This document shows, piece after piece, positions 7,362 to 17,300 of a stretch of DNA of 32,000 nucleotides. Position numbers and translations under genes: made by a program. A model generated the notes under the pieces. It was not told the DNA's origin. It saw only the letters and a program-made list of their open reading frames with translations, and did not search any database. Each line of letters begins with the position of its first letter. Position 1 is the stretch's first letter. The DNA comes from Synechocystis sp. PCC 6803 substr. PCC-P (GTDB taxonomy: Bacteria > Cyanobacteriota > Cyanobacteriia > Cyanobacteriales > Microcystaceae): contig NC_017039.1 of assembly GCF_000284455.1 (NCBI RefSeq), positions 1,110,001 to 1,142,000 of the forward strand, given 5' to 3'.

Positions 7362-9929
7362 GTGATGTCACCCCGACTTTTTCATCAGGAACAATCAATG
7401 ATTGATCAATCTACCCTAAACACTTCCCCTCAACCCACTATCACAATTGAAGATGACCGCACCGGCATGAGTGTGGCCACTTTGAAGCGGGCCTTTTTGG
7501 ATAACCTTTTTTATCTACAGGGGATTGATCGTTCCCAGGCAACCCTCTACGACTACTACGTTGCCCTGGCCTATACCATCCGCGATCGCCTGTTGCATCG
7601 TTTCATCAAGACCGTCGCCACCTATAAGCAGGAAAAAGTGAAGGTGGTTTGTTACCTGTCGGCGGAATTCCTGATGGGACGGCATTTAGGCAATAACCTC
7701 ATTAACCTGGGGTTGTACGACAAAATCGACCAGGTAATGAAAGAATTTGACCTGGACTTAAACGAAATTATTGAGCAGGAACCAGACCCCGGCTTGGGCA
7801 ATGGTGGCTTAGGCCGTCTAGCGGCCTGTTTCCTCGATTCCCTTGCTTCCCTAGAAGTGCCGGCGATCGGCTACGGCATCCGCTATGAGTTTGGAATTTT
7901 TCACCAGCGTATTCAGGACGGTTGGCAGGTGGAAGTGCCCGACAACTGGTTACGGTTTGGTAATCCCTGGGAAATCCCCCGGGCTGATGAGTCGGTGGAA
8001 GTAAAGCTAGGGGGCCACACGGAGATCATCCATAACGAAAAAAATCAACCCAAGGTGGTCTGGATTCCCGAAAGGACTATTCTGGCCATTCCCTACGACA
8101 CTCCGGTACCTGGTTATCAAACCAATACGGTCAATCCCCTCCGACTCTGGAAGGCAGAAGCTAGTGAAGAATTTAACTTTGAAGCTTTCAATTCTGGTCT
8201 GTACGACCGGGCAGTAGCGGAAAAGATGGATGCGGAAACCATTTCCAAGGTTCTTTATCCCAACGACAATACCCCCGCTGGCCGAGAATTGCGCCTAGCC
8301 CAACAATATTTCTTTGTTTCTGCTTCCCTGCAGGATCTAATTCGGATTCATCTCCGCACCCACCCTAATCTCGATACTTTCTACGAACTCACCGCCATTC
8401 AGTTGAACGATACCCACCCCGCCGTGGCGATCGCCGAATTGATGCGCCTGTTTGTGGACCGTTATGACTACGACTGGGATAAGGCCTGGGACATCACCCA
8501 AAAAACCTTTGCCTACACCAATCACACCCTCATGCCGGAAGCCCTAGAGCGCTGGTCAGTGGATTTGTTTGCCAAACTATTGCCCCGTCATTTGGAAATT
8601 ATTTACGAGATTAACCACCGCTTCCTAACGGGGTTGCAAACCTGGTTCCCCAACGACGAAGCTCTGGTGGAAAGCCTTTCTTTGATTGAAGAAAACCATG
8701 GCAAAAAAATTCGCATGGCCAACCTGGCCTGTGTGGGTAGCCATGCCATCAATGGAGTAGCCGCCCTCCACACCGAACTGCTGAAAAAAGATACCCTGCG
8801 GGACTTTGCCAAGCTCTGGCCCCAGAAGTTCTTTAACAAAACCAATGGCGTTACCCCCCGCCGCTGGATTTTGCTCAGCAACCCTGAACTATCTGCGTTG
8901 GTAACGGAAAAAATTGGCGATGGTTGGCTGAAGAACCTGGATGAAATGCGACAAATTGAAAAGTTTGTTGATGATCCGGAATTTTGTCGTCGCTGGCGAG
9001 AAATTAAGCAAAATAACAAGCGTAACTTAGCGGCCTATTTGCTCAAGTATCGCAATGTTCAGATTGACGTTAACTCCCTGTTTGATGTGCAGGTCAAACG
9101 GATTCATGAATATAAGCGCCAACACCTAGCGGCCCTAGAAATTATTCACCTCTATAACCGCATCAAACAAAATCCCCATGCGGAAATTGTGCCCCGTACC
9201 TTCATTTTTGGGGGTAAGGCCGCTCCAGGTTATTTCATGGCCAAATTGATTATTAAGTTGATCAATGCTGTGGGGGAGGTGGTCAACAACGATCCCGATG
9301 TGCGGGGAAGGCTCAAAGTTGTCTTTGTCTCTAACTTCAACGTTTCCCTGGGGCAAAGAATTTATCCCGCCGCCGACTTGTCGGAGCAAATTTCCACCGC
9401 AGGCAAGGAAGCCTCCGGTACAGGAAACATGAAATTCGCCATGAACGGCGCCCTCACCATTGGAACCCTAGATGGGGCTAATATCGAAATTCGGGAAGAG
9501 GCAGGGCCAGAAAACTTTTTCCTCTTTGGCCTTACCGCTGAACAGGTATATGCCATGAAAGAAAACGGTTACCATCCCCACACCTACTATGACAATAACT
9601 TTGATCTAAAAGCTGTGATTGACCGCATTGCCCACGGCTACTTCTCCCCCGGTAACCCCAATTTGTTCCATCCCATTGTGGAGTCCCTTCTGCACCACGA
9701 TCCCTATATGCTACTGGCGGACTACCAAGCCTATGTGGGCTGTCAGGATGAAGTCAGCAAAGCCTACGCCGACCAAGACCGGTGGACAAAAATGTCCATT
9801 CTCAACTCGGCCCGCATGGGTAAATTCTCCTCCGATCGCACCATTCGGGAATACTGCAAGGAAATTTGGGATGTGCCCCCGGTGAAAATTTCCCTGGATG
9901 AATACCATCCCGAATACGCCGATTTATAG
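7362..9929 (+). CDS. glgP: Glycogen/starch phosphorylase; start may be the internal Met of MIDQSTLNTSPQ about 12 codons downstream
   Basis: Full-length phosphorylase motifs: YLSAEFLMGRHLGNNL, GNGGLGRLAACFLDS, TNHTLMPEALERW, NKTNGVTPRRWI, VQVKRIHEYKRQHL, and PLP region ISTAGKEASGTGNMKFAMNGALTIGTLDGANIEI. Confidence 0.97.
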   Translation: MMSPRLFHQEQSMIDQSTLNTSPQPTITIEDDRTGMSVATLKRAFLDNLFYLQGIDRSQATLYDYYVALAYTIRDRLLHRFIKTVATYKQEKVKVVCYLSAEFLMGRHLGNNLINLGLYDKIDQVMKEFDLDLNEIIEQEPDPGLGNGGLGRLAACFLDSLASLEVPAIGYGIRYEFGIFHQRIQDGWQVEVPDNWLRFGNPWEIPRADESVEVKLGGHTEIIHNEKNQPKVVWIPERTILAIPYDTPVPGYQTNTVNPLRLWKAEASEEFNFEAFNSGLYDRAVAEKMDAETISKVLYPNDNTPAGRELRLAQQYFFVSASLQDLIRIHLRTHPNLDTFYELTAIQLNDTHPAVAIAELMRLFVDRYDYDWDKAWDITQKTFAYTNHTLMPEALERWSVDLFAKLLPRHLEIIYEINHRFLTGLQTWFPNDEALVESLSLIEENHGKKIRMANLACVGSHAINGVAALHTELLKKDTLRDFAKLWPQKFFNKTNGVTPRRWILLSNPELSALVTEKIGDGWLKNLDEMRQIEKFVDDPEFCRRWREIKQNNKRNLAAYLLKYRNVQIDVNSLFDVQVKRIHEYKRQHLAALEIIHLYNRIKQNPHAEIVPRTFIFGGKAAPGYFMAKLIIKLINAVGEVVNNDPDVRGRLKVVFVSNFNVSLGQRIYPAADLSEQISTAGKEASGTGNMKFAMNGALTIGTLDGANIEIREEAGPENFFLFGLTAEQVYAMKENGYHPHTYYDNNFDLKAVIDRIAHGYFSPGNPNLFHPIVESLLHHDPYMLLADYQAYVGCQDEVSKAYADQDRWTKMSILNSARMGKFSSDRTIREYCKEIWDVPPVKISLDEYHPEYADL

Positions 9930-10071
9930 TCCCAGATCTGGTTTGACTGCCCCCTGATTCTAAAGTTAGGGGGATATTTACCTCAAAATTTACCAGTAAT
10001 ATGGAACTCTGGTGGATTGGGGGATTGAGTCGGCTCTAGGAACAGAAAATCCCAAATCTGGTTAACATTTT

Positions 10072-10764
10072 TTGCCTAGGATGCCACTAGGATTGTATCG
10101 GCCATCATTTACCCCTGCGGAAAAATGGGGGGACAATGGTGGCTTAACTGTCAGCGGAGAAACTAAGTCCATGCTCTGGCCCTATAAGACCCCAGGAATT
10201 ACAGATGGCCTGTTTGAACGATTACCGGGCATTCCCCTCAGCAAAAGGGAGGTACGCCTGCTGATTATTTCCGCTTTGCAATTGAAGGAGGAATCCATCA
10301 TTTGGGATATTGGGGCTGGCACTGGCACCATTCCGGTGGAACTAGCCCTACTGTGTCCCCGCAGTCGCATTGTGGCGGTGGAAAGGGATGAGGAGGTGGC
10401 GGGTTTAATTCGCCGTAACTGCGAACGGTTTGGGGTAACTAATGTGACTGTCCATGAGGGCAGTGCTCCGGATTGCTTACCGCAGTTAATTGCCCACCCC
10501 ACCCATATTTGCATTGAGGGAGGGCGTCCCATTAAGCAAATTTTGCAGGAAACCTGGGCCCATTTAGCTCCCGGAGGTCGTTTAGTGGCAACAGCGAATA
10601 ATTTGGAAAGTCTCTATGGCATTTCTGAAACCCTGTCGGAACTCCAGGTCCGCAACGTGGAGGTGGTGCAAGCGGGGGTAAATCGTCTAGAAAAACGTGG
10701 TTTACAACAGATTTTTGCAGCGGTGGACCCTACTTTTATTTTGGCGGGAGAAAAGTTGTCTTAG
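10072..10764 (+). CDS. cbiT: Precorrin-6B/cobalt-precorrin methyltransferase, decarboxylating subunit (CbiT/CobL C-terminal type)
   Basis: PGIPLSKREVRLLIISALQLKEESIIWDIGAGTGTIPVELALLCPRSRIVAVERDEEVAGLIRRNCERFGVTNVTVHEGSAPDCLPQL: CbiT-specific N-terminus and SAM-binding motif. Confidence 0.88.
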   Translation: MPRMPLGLYRPSFTPAEKWGDNGGLTVSGETKSMLWPYKTPGITDGLFERLPGIPLSKREVRLLIISALQLKEESIIWDIGAGTGTIPVELALLCPRSRIVAVERDEEVAGLIRRNCERFGVTNVTVHEGSAPDCLPQLIAHPTHICIEGGRPIKQILQETWAHLAPGGRLVATANNLESLYGISETLSELQVRNVEVVQAGVNRLEKRGLQQIFAAVDPTFILAGEKLS

Positions 10765-10876
10765 TCGGGGAGATGTAAGGGAAGGCCTAGGGGTTTGCTT
10801 CTGTTCTAAAATAAAAACTAAGAAAAGGTTAACAAAGAGTAACTTTTTAGTACGAAGTTGACACTTTTCCTTATTT

Positions 10877-11779
10877 TTGGTCTTTTTTACCTTTACCATG
10901 CCCACCCAGCGAATTATTAGTGCAGTCATCGGTATTGCCTTGGCGTTTTCCCTACTAATTTTGGGGGGCTGGTACTTTAGCGCGGCGATCGCCCTAGTAA
11001 TTTATTTAGGATTGCGGGAATATTTCCAAATGGTGCGGGCTAAGGGCATTGCCCCAGCCGCTAAGACCACCATGGTGCTGTCATTAATGTTGCTGCTGTC
11101 GGCCACGGTTACCCCCCATTTAACTGATGCATTTTTTCCTTTAACCGGGGCATTAATTTGCTTTTATCTGCTGTTTCAACCCAAAATGGCCACCATTGCC
11201 GACATTTCTACTTCGTTACTGGGCCTGTTTTATGGGGGCTATTTGCCCAGCTATTGGGTGCGACTGCGGTTGGGGGATGGAGCCGTTAACCCTATGGGTT
11301 TGCACTTGCCCCTGAATGGTTTTTGGCCGGAGTCCTGGGCCCATCCGGAAAATTTTCCCACGGGCTTACTGGTCACTATCCTTGCCTTTGCTTGCATCTG
11401 GGCGGCGGACATTGGCGCTTACATTATGGGGAAATGGTTAGGACGTACCCGTCTGTCGGACATTAGCCCGAAAAAAACCGTGGAAGGTTCCCTCTGGGGA
11501 GTAGGAGGCAGTTTGCTGGTGGGGGTATTGGGAGCTTGGTATTTGCAATGGCCCTACTGGGAAATTACCGGCGCTTTACTGGGCCTATTAATTGGCATAG
11601 TTAGCCTGCTGGGGGACTTGACGGAATCAATGATGAAACGGGATGCGGGAGTTAAGGATTCTGGGCAATTAATTCCTGGCCACGGAGGAATTTTAGACCG
11701 CACCGACAGCTACGTTTTCACCGCTCCCCTGGTCTATTACTTTGTCGTTTTACTGTTGCCTGTGTTGAATAATTTGTGA
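10877..11779 (+). CDS. cdsA: Phosphatidate cytidylyltransferase; start likely at the internal MPTQRIIS
   Basis: Multi-TM protein with the CDP-diglyceride synthetase signature region: LGRTRLSDISPKKTVEGSLWGVGG...LLGDLTESMMKRDAGVKDSGQLIPGHGGILDRTDSYVFTAP. Confidence 0.95.
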   Translation: MVFFTFTMPTQRIISAVIGIALAFSLLILGGWYFSAAIALVIYLGLREYFQMVRAKGIAPAAKTTMVLSLMLLLSATVTPHLTDAFFPLTGALICFYLLFQPKMATIADISTSLLGLFYGGYLPSYWVRLRLGDGAVNPMGLHLPLNGFWPESWAHPENFPTGLLVTILAFACIWAADIGAYIMGKWLGRTRLSDISPKKTVEGSLWGVGGSLLVGVLGAWYLQWPYWEITGALLGLLIGIVSLLGDLTESMMKRDAGVKDSGQLIPGHGGILDRTDSYVFTAPLVYYFVVLLLPVLNNL

Positions 11780-11881
11780 CTGGAAACTCTTCTGACTGAG
11801 GGGAAAATCAGTTTGCAAAAATTCCCGCTCCCTAATCTGGAATACGCTCTTTGATGCTCAAACAAGGATAAAACTGAACTT

Positions 11882-13435
11882 TTAGTTAGGAACCTGAATA
11901 CTAGACATCAAAGACTGAGCGCCTTGCTCATCGATGGTCTTCCAGTCAGAATTTGCGCCAAGACGATTTTTAACCTTGAAATTGGCAATCGGATTAATCA
12001 CTTCCCAAGTCGTTCCAGTTTGGTGCAATGCGTTGTGGGAACCCTGACCTCCACCAGTCCAACTTTTTGCCCAATAAATTCCGTTCTGGTTTGCCCCTGA
12101 TGAACAGTTGCCAGCATTACCACCACCACTCAAGTTAAGGGTGTAAGTTGGTCCCCAGAAAAAGATACTACAGACAGCAGAATTTCCACCGGTGCTAAAG
12201 GTTCCACTAGCATTAGCTATTGGACCAATTATCTGGACATCAGTTGCGTCACAGCCAGATACCCCAGAGCAATCATGGACAATTTGGGAGTTACCACCAA
12301 TATCCACATTTCCTGTGAGGAACAAAACCACTTTCTGACCGGGGGTGAATTGAAGATTAACTCCATTTCCAGATACGGACTTTCCTGAGGTTGAATTTAT
12401 TGTGTAGTAATAAGTTTGGTTGGCAGAATTATAGTTTGAAGAACTTGTCGTGTCTGTGCCGGAACGGGGTAGAGTGAGATTGCCTGTAACCGTCGGCAAA
12501 GAAGCAGGTGTAACTCCGGCGGGAGCAGAAGTAGGTGGATCGGGCATCGGAATGGGACTGGCTCCCGGGGGATCCATTGAATTTGGTAGAGCAATCCGCT
12601 GAGAACCAGAAACATACTCGGTATAGCCAGAATTTTGACCATTGCCAGCGCTTGTAGTAAAGGTTGGCTTGTCACATTCGTATATGACCTGAGCATTCAC
12701 AGAACCGGGATTGTTGACATTTTGCCCTGCTGTGATAGTTCCTTTAACCCATAAACCAGGCACAACTCCAGTAAATGGGGCACTGCCGTCCGTTATGGGG
12801 AAACTTGCAACCAAATTGGTTTTTGCTTGATTAGGACTATTATCCTCACCAGCTAGACCTCGAACGTGAACCACTCCTTTTTGTTGGCTGGCGTCAAATC
12901 GATAATCCACCATCTGAAATTTAGGAGCTTTGGCCCCATTACCTGACGGGTTAGGCAGGGCTTTGGGAGCAGACATAGTCTGATCATAAAAAGCTGTTAT
13001 TTCAGTTGCCAAAGCATCTTTGACTTCATCCACTGTCATATTTTTATAATTACAACTCGCTCCCTGAAGCTCTGCTGCCGCTTCGGTTAGAAATGCATCA
13101 TTGGGGACAAAAGAGCCACTAGCTGTACTTCCCCATTGGGAAAAGTGTTTCTTAGCTAAAACAGGATTCTTGAGAAGAAAGGCCTGAACCTGAGTTAATC
13201 CAGCTTCAGCCGCTTGGTCAGCAGTAGATTTAGCTGCTTGGGCTGTGACCTGATTTTGATCATTCATGCCCTTCATGACAATCGCCGCCGCGGCCACGGT
13301 AATAACCAACCCACCCATAATCACTAGGGGTAGGGCAAAACCAGCGGAATCTTTTTTCCTACCGGCGGTGAGAAAATTTAAGACAAAACGAGGTTTCATA
13401 ATTACCCTTCGATCCCTACAAAGGTCAGTGTTCAC
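11882..13435 (-). CDS. Prepilin-like (type IV pilus/PilX-like N-terminus) secreted protein; start probably 13399 (MKPRFVLNFL...)
   Basis: N-terminal RKKDSAG|FALPLVIMGGLVITVAAAAIVMKG prepilin-type leader and hydrophobic helix, followed by an Asn/Ser/Gly-rich extracellular-type region (...VKGTITAGQNVNNPGSVNAQVIYECD..., GNVDIGGNSQIVHDCSG). Confidence 0.7.
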   Translation of the reverse strand: MNTDLCRDRRVIMKPRFVLNFLTAGRKKDSAGFALPLVIMGGLVITVAAAAIVMKGMNDQNQVTAQAAKSTADQAAEAGLTQVQAFLLKNPVLAKKHFSQWGSTASGSFVPNDAFLTEAAAELQGASCNYKNMTVDEVKDALATEITAFYDQTMSAPKALPNPSGNGAKAPKFQMVDYRFDASQQKGVVHVRGLAGEDNSPNQAKTNLVASFPITDGSAPFTGVVPGLWVKGTITAGQNVNNPGSVNAQVIYECDKPTFTTSAGNGQNSGYTEYVSGSQRIALPNSMDPPGASPIPMPDPPTSAPAGVTPASLPTVTGNLTLPRSGTDTTSSSNYNSANQTYYYTINSTSGKSVSGNGVNLQFTPGQKVVLFLTGNVDIGGNSQIVHDCSGVSGCDATDVQIIGPIANASGTFSTGGNSAVCSIFFWGPTYTLNLSGGGNAGNCSSGANQNGIYWAKSWTGGGQGSHNALHQTGTTWEVINPIANFKVKNRLGANSDWKTIDEQGAQSLMSSIQVPN

Positions 13436-13695
13436 TTAAAAGCAACCAGCAGGTGGAGGGACTTTGGCAGAGGCGTCAAACCTGGACTAACCATAGAAAA
13501 CTATGTCCTTTGCATGGCCCCAAACAGGCAGATTAGGCATACTGCCCATTGACCATTGTAGAGATCCAGGCCGTGGCCCTCTGTGATCTAGATCACAACT
13601 ATTGGGTGACCCAGACCACTTCTATAGCCTGAAAAGGCAGGGCCAAAGGCGATCGCCAGGGGAAAGAAGGGTAAAAATTAGCTAATCAAATGGGG

Positions 13696-14145
13696 TTAGC
13701 TCAACCAGCCATTTTTGGTGCCAGGGATCGTTGGGGCAAAAACCTGGAGTCGTTCAAATTGCGCTTCCCGAATTTCGTACATTAGGCTGATTAAACTGTC
13801 GGCATGGGGAGAATCGAGGATTTTTTGTTTAATTTCCTCAAAGCCCTCATCCAAAATATTGTTAGCTTCAGCTAAATCATCGGTGGCTTGGAGTTGCCGT
13901 TCCAGTTCACCAAACTTATTTTTCAACATCTGTCCTTCGGCGTTATCTGGAAAAGAGGCCACCATCTCGGCGATCGCCACTTGCAATTGTTCCAGTTCCG
14001 CTTGCTCGGCCACAGGATTGGCCATTACCTGGGTCTGTTCCATGGTGAGCGGAGCCCCATCAAAGCTTAAACCATTGGGGACAGGAGCCTCCGTGGGGGG
14101 CATAAACAGGGTAAAAGCGGAAACAACAAAGCAACCAACACACAT
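13696..14145 (-). CDS. Small secreted helical protein of unknown function (ORF extends to 14286; likely start MCVGCFVVSAFTLFMPP)
   Basis: Intact ORF. From Met 48 it has a short signal-like hydrophobic stretch and then a helix-rich body (EQAELEQLQVAIAEMVASFPDNAEGQMLKNKFGELERQLQATDDLAEANNILDEGFEEIKQKI). Confidence 0.55.
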   Translation of the reverse strand: MCVGCFVVSAFTLFMPPTEAPVPNGLSFDGAPLTMEQTQVMANPVAEQAELEQLQVAIAEMVASFPDNAEGQMLKNKFGELERQLQATDDLAEANNILDEGFEEIKQKILDSPHADSLISLMYEIREAQFERLQVFAPTIPGTKNGWLS

Positions 14146-14325
14146 GGGACTAATTCTCCTAACACAATTTATGGAAATGGAACTATGGATAGCAATTGGG
14201 CCTTGGTCATTCTCCCTGAACCGGGCACCAAAGCGCCCCATGGGGATCGGAAACCACCGCACCGTAAAAGTTGAAATTTGCCCCACCTTAACAAAAAAAT
14301 AGCTCCGGCTTCTAGGGTGCCAGTT

Positions 14326-17300
14326 TTAGAACTGTTTCTCATAGCGGATGATGAACTGGCTGAAATTGTAATCGTAGGTAAAACGCATATATCCCTTATC
14401 TTCCACTTCATAGATCGCTTCGAGGAAAGGCACCACCCGGAAATCGGTGCTTTTAATCTTGTCGCTGATGGCGGTTTCCACATCGTAGACCAATCCCTGG
14501 AAAATCATCGGGATCGCTAACTGGGTAATGCCCACCTGTAATAACTGGCTAGAGTTTTTCCCCTGGAGTGCATCCACTAGGACAATGACCTGTTCTCCCA
14601 ACAGGCGGACAATTTCCCCTTCGGTGCGGGGAGGACTGCTGGTCAAACTCAGGGCCGGATTACTGAAAATTTGCTCATTTTGCACCCCCTGGGCGGCCAG
14701 GATTTGTAGGCAACGGGAAAGGCGATCGAGCTGAAATTCGTCGAAACTACCCACCCCCGTCAGCGGCCGAAAAGTAACAGTAGGGTCACAAACAGCGCTG
14801 TAGCGGGGATTAATGTTGGGTAAAATCTGGCTCAAACTGCCGTCAATGGTCAGGCGCACATCAATCCGTTCAATTTGGTTCAGGCTGTCGTCGGGATATT
14901 CATTGGTTTCCTGGGAGCGCATGCGGGCCGACTGGGGCAAGTCTGACACAATAGTACGCATAGCAATGTTCAAGCTGGGATTAATTAACTCCTCGTTGGG
15001 AGAAAACGTAATCGTGTTGGGGGCCCGGCGATCGAGCAAAAAGCGGGTATCAAGAAAGCTGACCCGACCTCGGTCGAGGCTAATGGTGCCATCGGCCCTT
15101 AGATCATCGAAGTTGGTCAGGGGGCCATTAACTGTGAGCCCACCACCAAAGTTAAAAACGTAGAGGGGTTCCTGCTCGATATGCAGATTGTCCAGGGTGA
15201 TACGCAGATTATTTAACTGGGGCTCCACCATTGGCGATCGCCTCGTCCCTTTGAACCAACCTAATCTAGTACGTAGTTCCGCAATGCGACTGGGCTGATT
15301 CTCCAAACTGCGATCGGGCACAAAAAATCGGCCGTTGGCCAGGGCCACATCCCCCGTCAAACTGGGGGCCAGGGCAGAACCCTGGACGGTGACAAACCCC
15401 GCCAAATTACCTTGGTAGAGATTGGGAATGGTGATATTAGTGGGTTTAATGCTCACCTGAAGCGGATTTTCCAAATCTGGCTGGGGCTCAAACAGGGGTA
15501 AAATTCCCGCCACCTCAATACGGCTTTGATCCAGTTGTCCTGTTAATTGCTCAATGGCGATCGTGGTGTTGTTAAACAGAATTTCCCCATCCACCTGCAC
15601 CGGGGTTGGTAGGGCAGCACTCCTGATCTGGGCTCCGTTGAGACTGACTTTCCCCAAAGCCCTGAGGTCAGAAATGCCAATGCCATTCCTTTGGTCAATT
15701 TCCCCTTCCACTTTCAGATCTGCGGATCCTTCCCCACCAAGCCAGACCAATTGCTCTTGACTGACCACGTCCAATAACTCCAAGGAATTGGGGGGAATTT
15801 TGAATTCAGCACTAAAAGTATTTGGCCCTTCCGCAGTTTTAGCTTCCTGGGGATTCCAATAAATAGGCACATCGGCCCTTAGGTAGAGGGGAGAAGCTTC
15901 CGAAGTGACCAATTGCAATAAATTGTTTTGGTAATCAAATCTGCCCCCCACCTCTTCCGGCACCGGCCTGGCGTTGAGGGTGATCTGGTCAAACTCAAAC
16001 TGCCCCGATAGGTTAGGGCCAGCGGCGGTTCGGGCAAAGCTTCCTTGGGCATTAAGGCGAGCCCCAAAGGCAGAGGGCATTTCCACAAAGGAGTCCAGAT
16101 TATTCAGATTAAAATCCTTAATCGACCATTGCAATTGACTTTTTTCTAGGGAGAAAATTCCTTCGGCCCCCAAGCGAGATTCTTCAATCTGCACAAAGGA
16201 AGGTAGTAAGGCCAGACGGCCATCGGCAAATTTGGCTTCAAGTTGAAACTGTTCGATGGGCAGAAAACGGGTTTCATTCATCACTAGCCCAATGGGGGGC
16301 ACGATGTTGGGGAAGGGCCCCTGGGGATACCAACTCCAATTTTTGCCCTGTACTTTGAGAGCAAGGGCCGGATCTCGCAGGGTGCCATTCAGATTAAGGG
16401 CTGCATCGAAATTACCCTGAACATTTAACTGGGTCGGTACGCCCCCCCGTTCGTACTGCTGGGCGAGGGCGATAATACGTTGGTCAATGACATAAAGGAG
16501 ATTAAGTTGATTTTCCAGTGCCCCATCGGGGTTACCCAAACTGAGAGGGCCAATGGTATCCGCTAATTCTTTAGGGGTAGATTCCAAACCGGTGAGCCGC
16601 AGTAGGGATCCCACATCGGAAATGTTGGCCGCCGCTAGCAAGGGGGCAATATCACCATCTTTGACGTTTACCCTAGCTTCGATGGCTTCGGTTCTGAAGT
16701 TCAGTGACCCCTGGGCTTGGTATTGGCCAAGAGCGGTTTTAAGCTGGCCTTGTTTGAGTTGTAGGGTTTGATTTTGGTAAGCCAGGGCCGCAGTTACTTC
16801 ACCGATCGCCGTGGTGCCAAGGGTAACGCCATCAATAGCTAAATTACCTTGGCCGTGGCCGTTGCGGAGGTTAACCACTAGGTCGGCGTTAAAGTTGCCA
16901 CCCAGTTGCTCGACAATTTGATAACGTAGACCCGGGCGGAGATCCAACAGAGCGACGGGAAAATCCGCCACTTCCATGGCCAGGCGATCGCCGTTGAGTT
17001 TGCCCTGGGCGAGGATGGGTTTTTCCCGTTCATAGGCTTGGCGCAGATTAAAGCTGGTGGGGAGATAGGGGAAGAGGCAATTGCCCCGGCAGGGTTGGAG
17101 GTTTACTGCTAGGCGATCAACTTGTCCCTGGAGATCCAGTAGGACATTTTGGTTTAACTGCACCGCCAGGGGGCCCCGCAATTGGGGTTCAAAGCCAAAA
17201 CCATTAACGGCTAAATTGTTGACCGCCAAATTACCAGCCAGTTTTAAATCCCCAAGCCCTGTGACATTGCGTCCTGTTAATTGGCCAGTAAATTGACTAC

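Noticed and set aside
8603-9019. Minus-strand 138-aa ORF inside glgP
   Set aside because: Antisense to highly conserved phosphorylase sequence; no independent support.
14145-14286. N-terminal extension of the 196-aa ORF
   Set aside because: The extension before MCVGCFVVSAF lacks coding character, and the internal Met precedes a signal-like sequence, so the shorter start is preferred.
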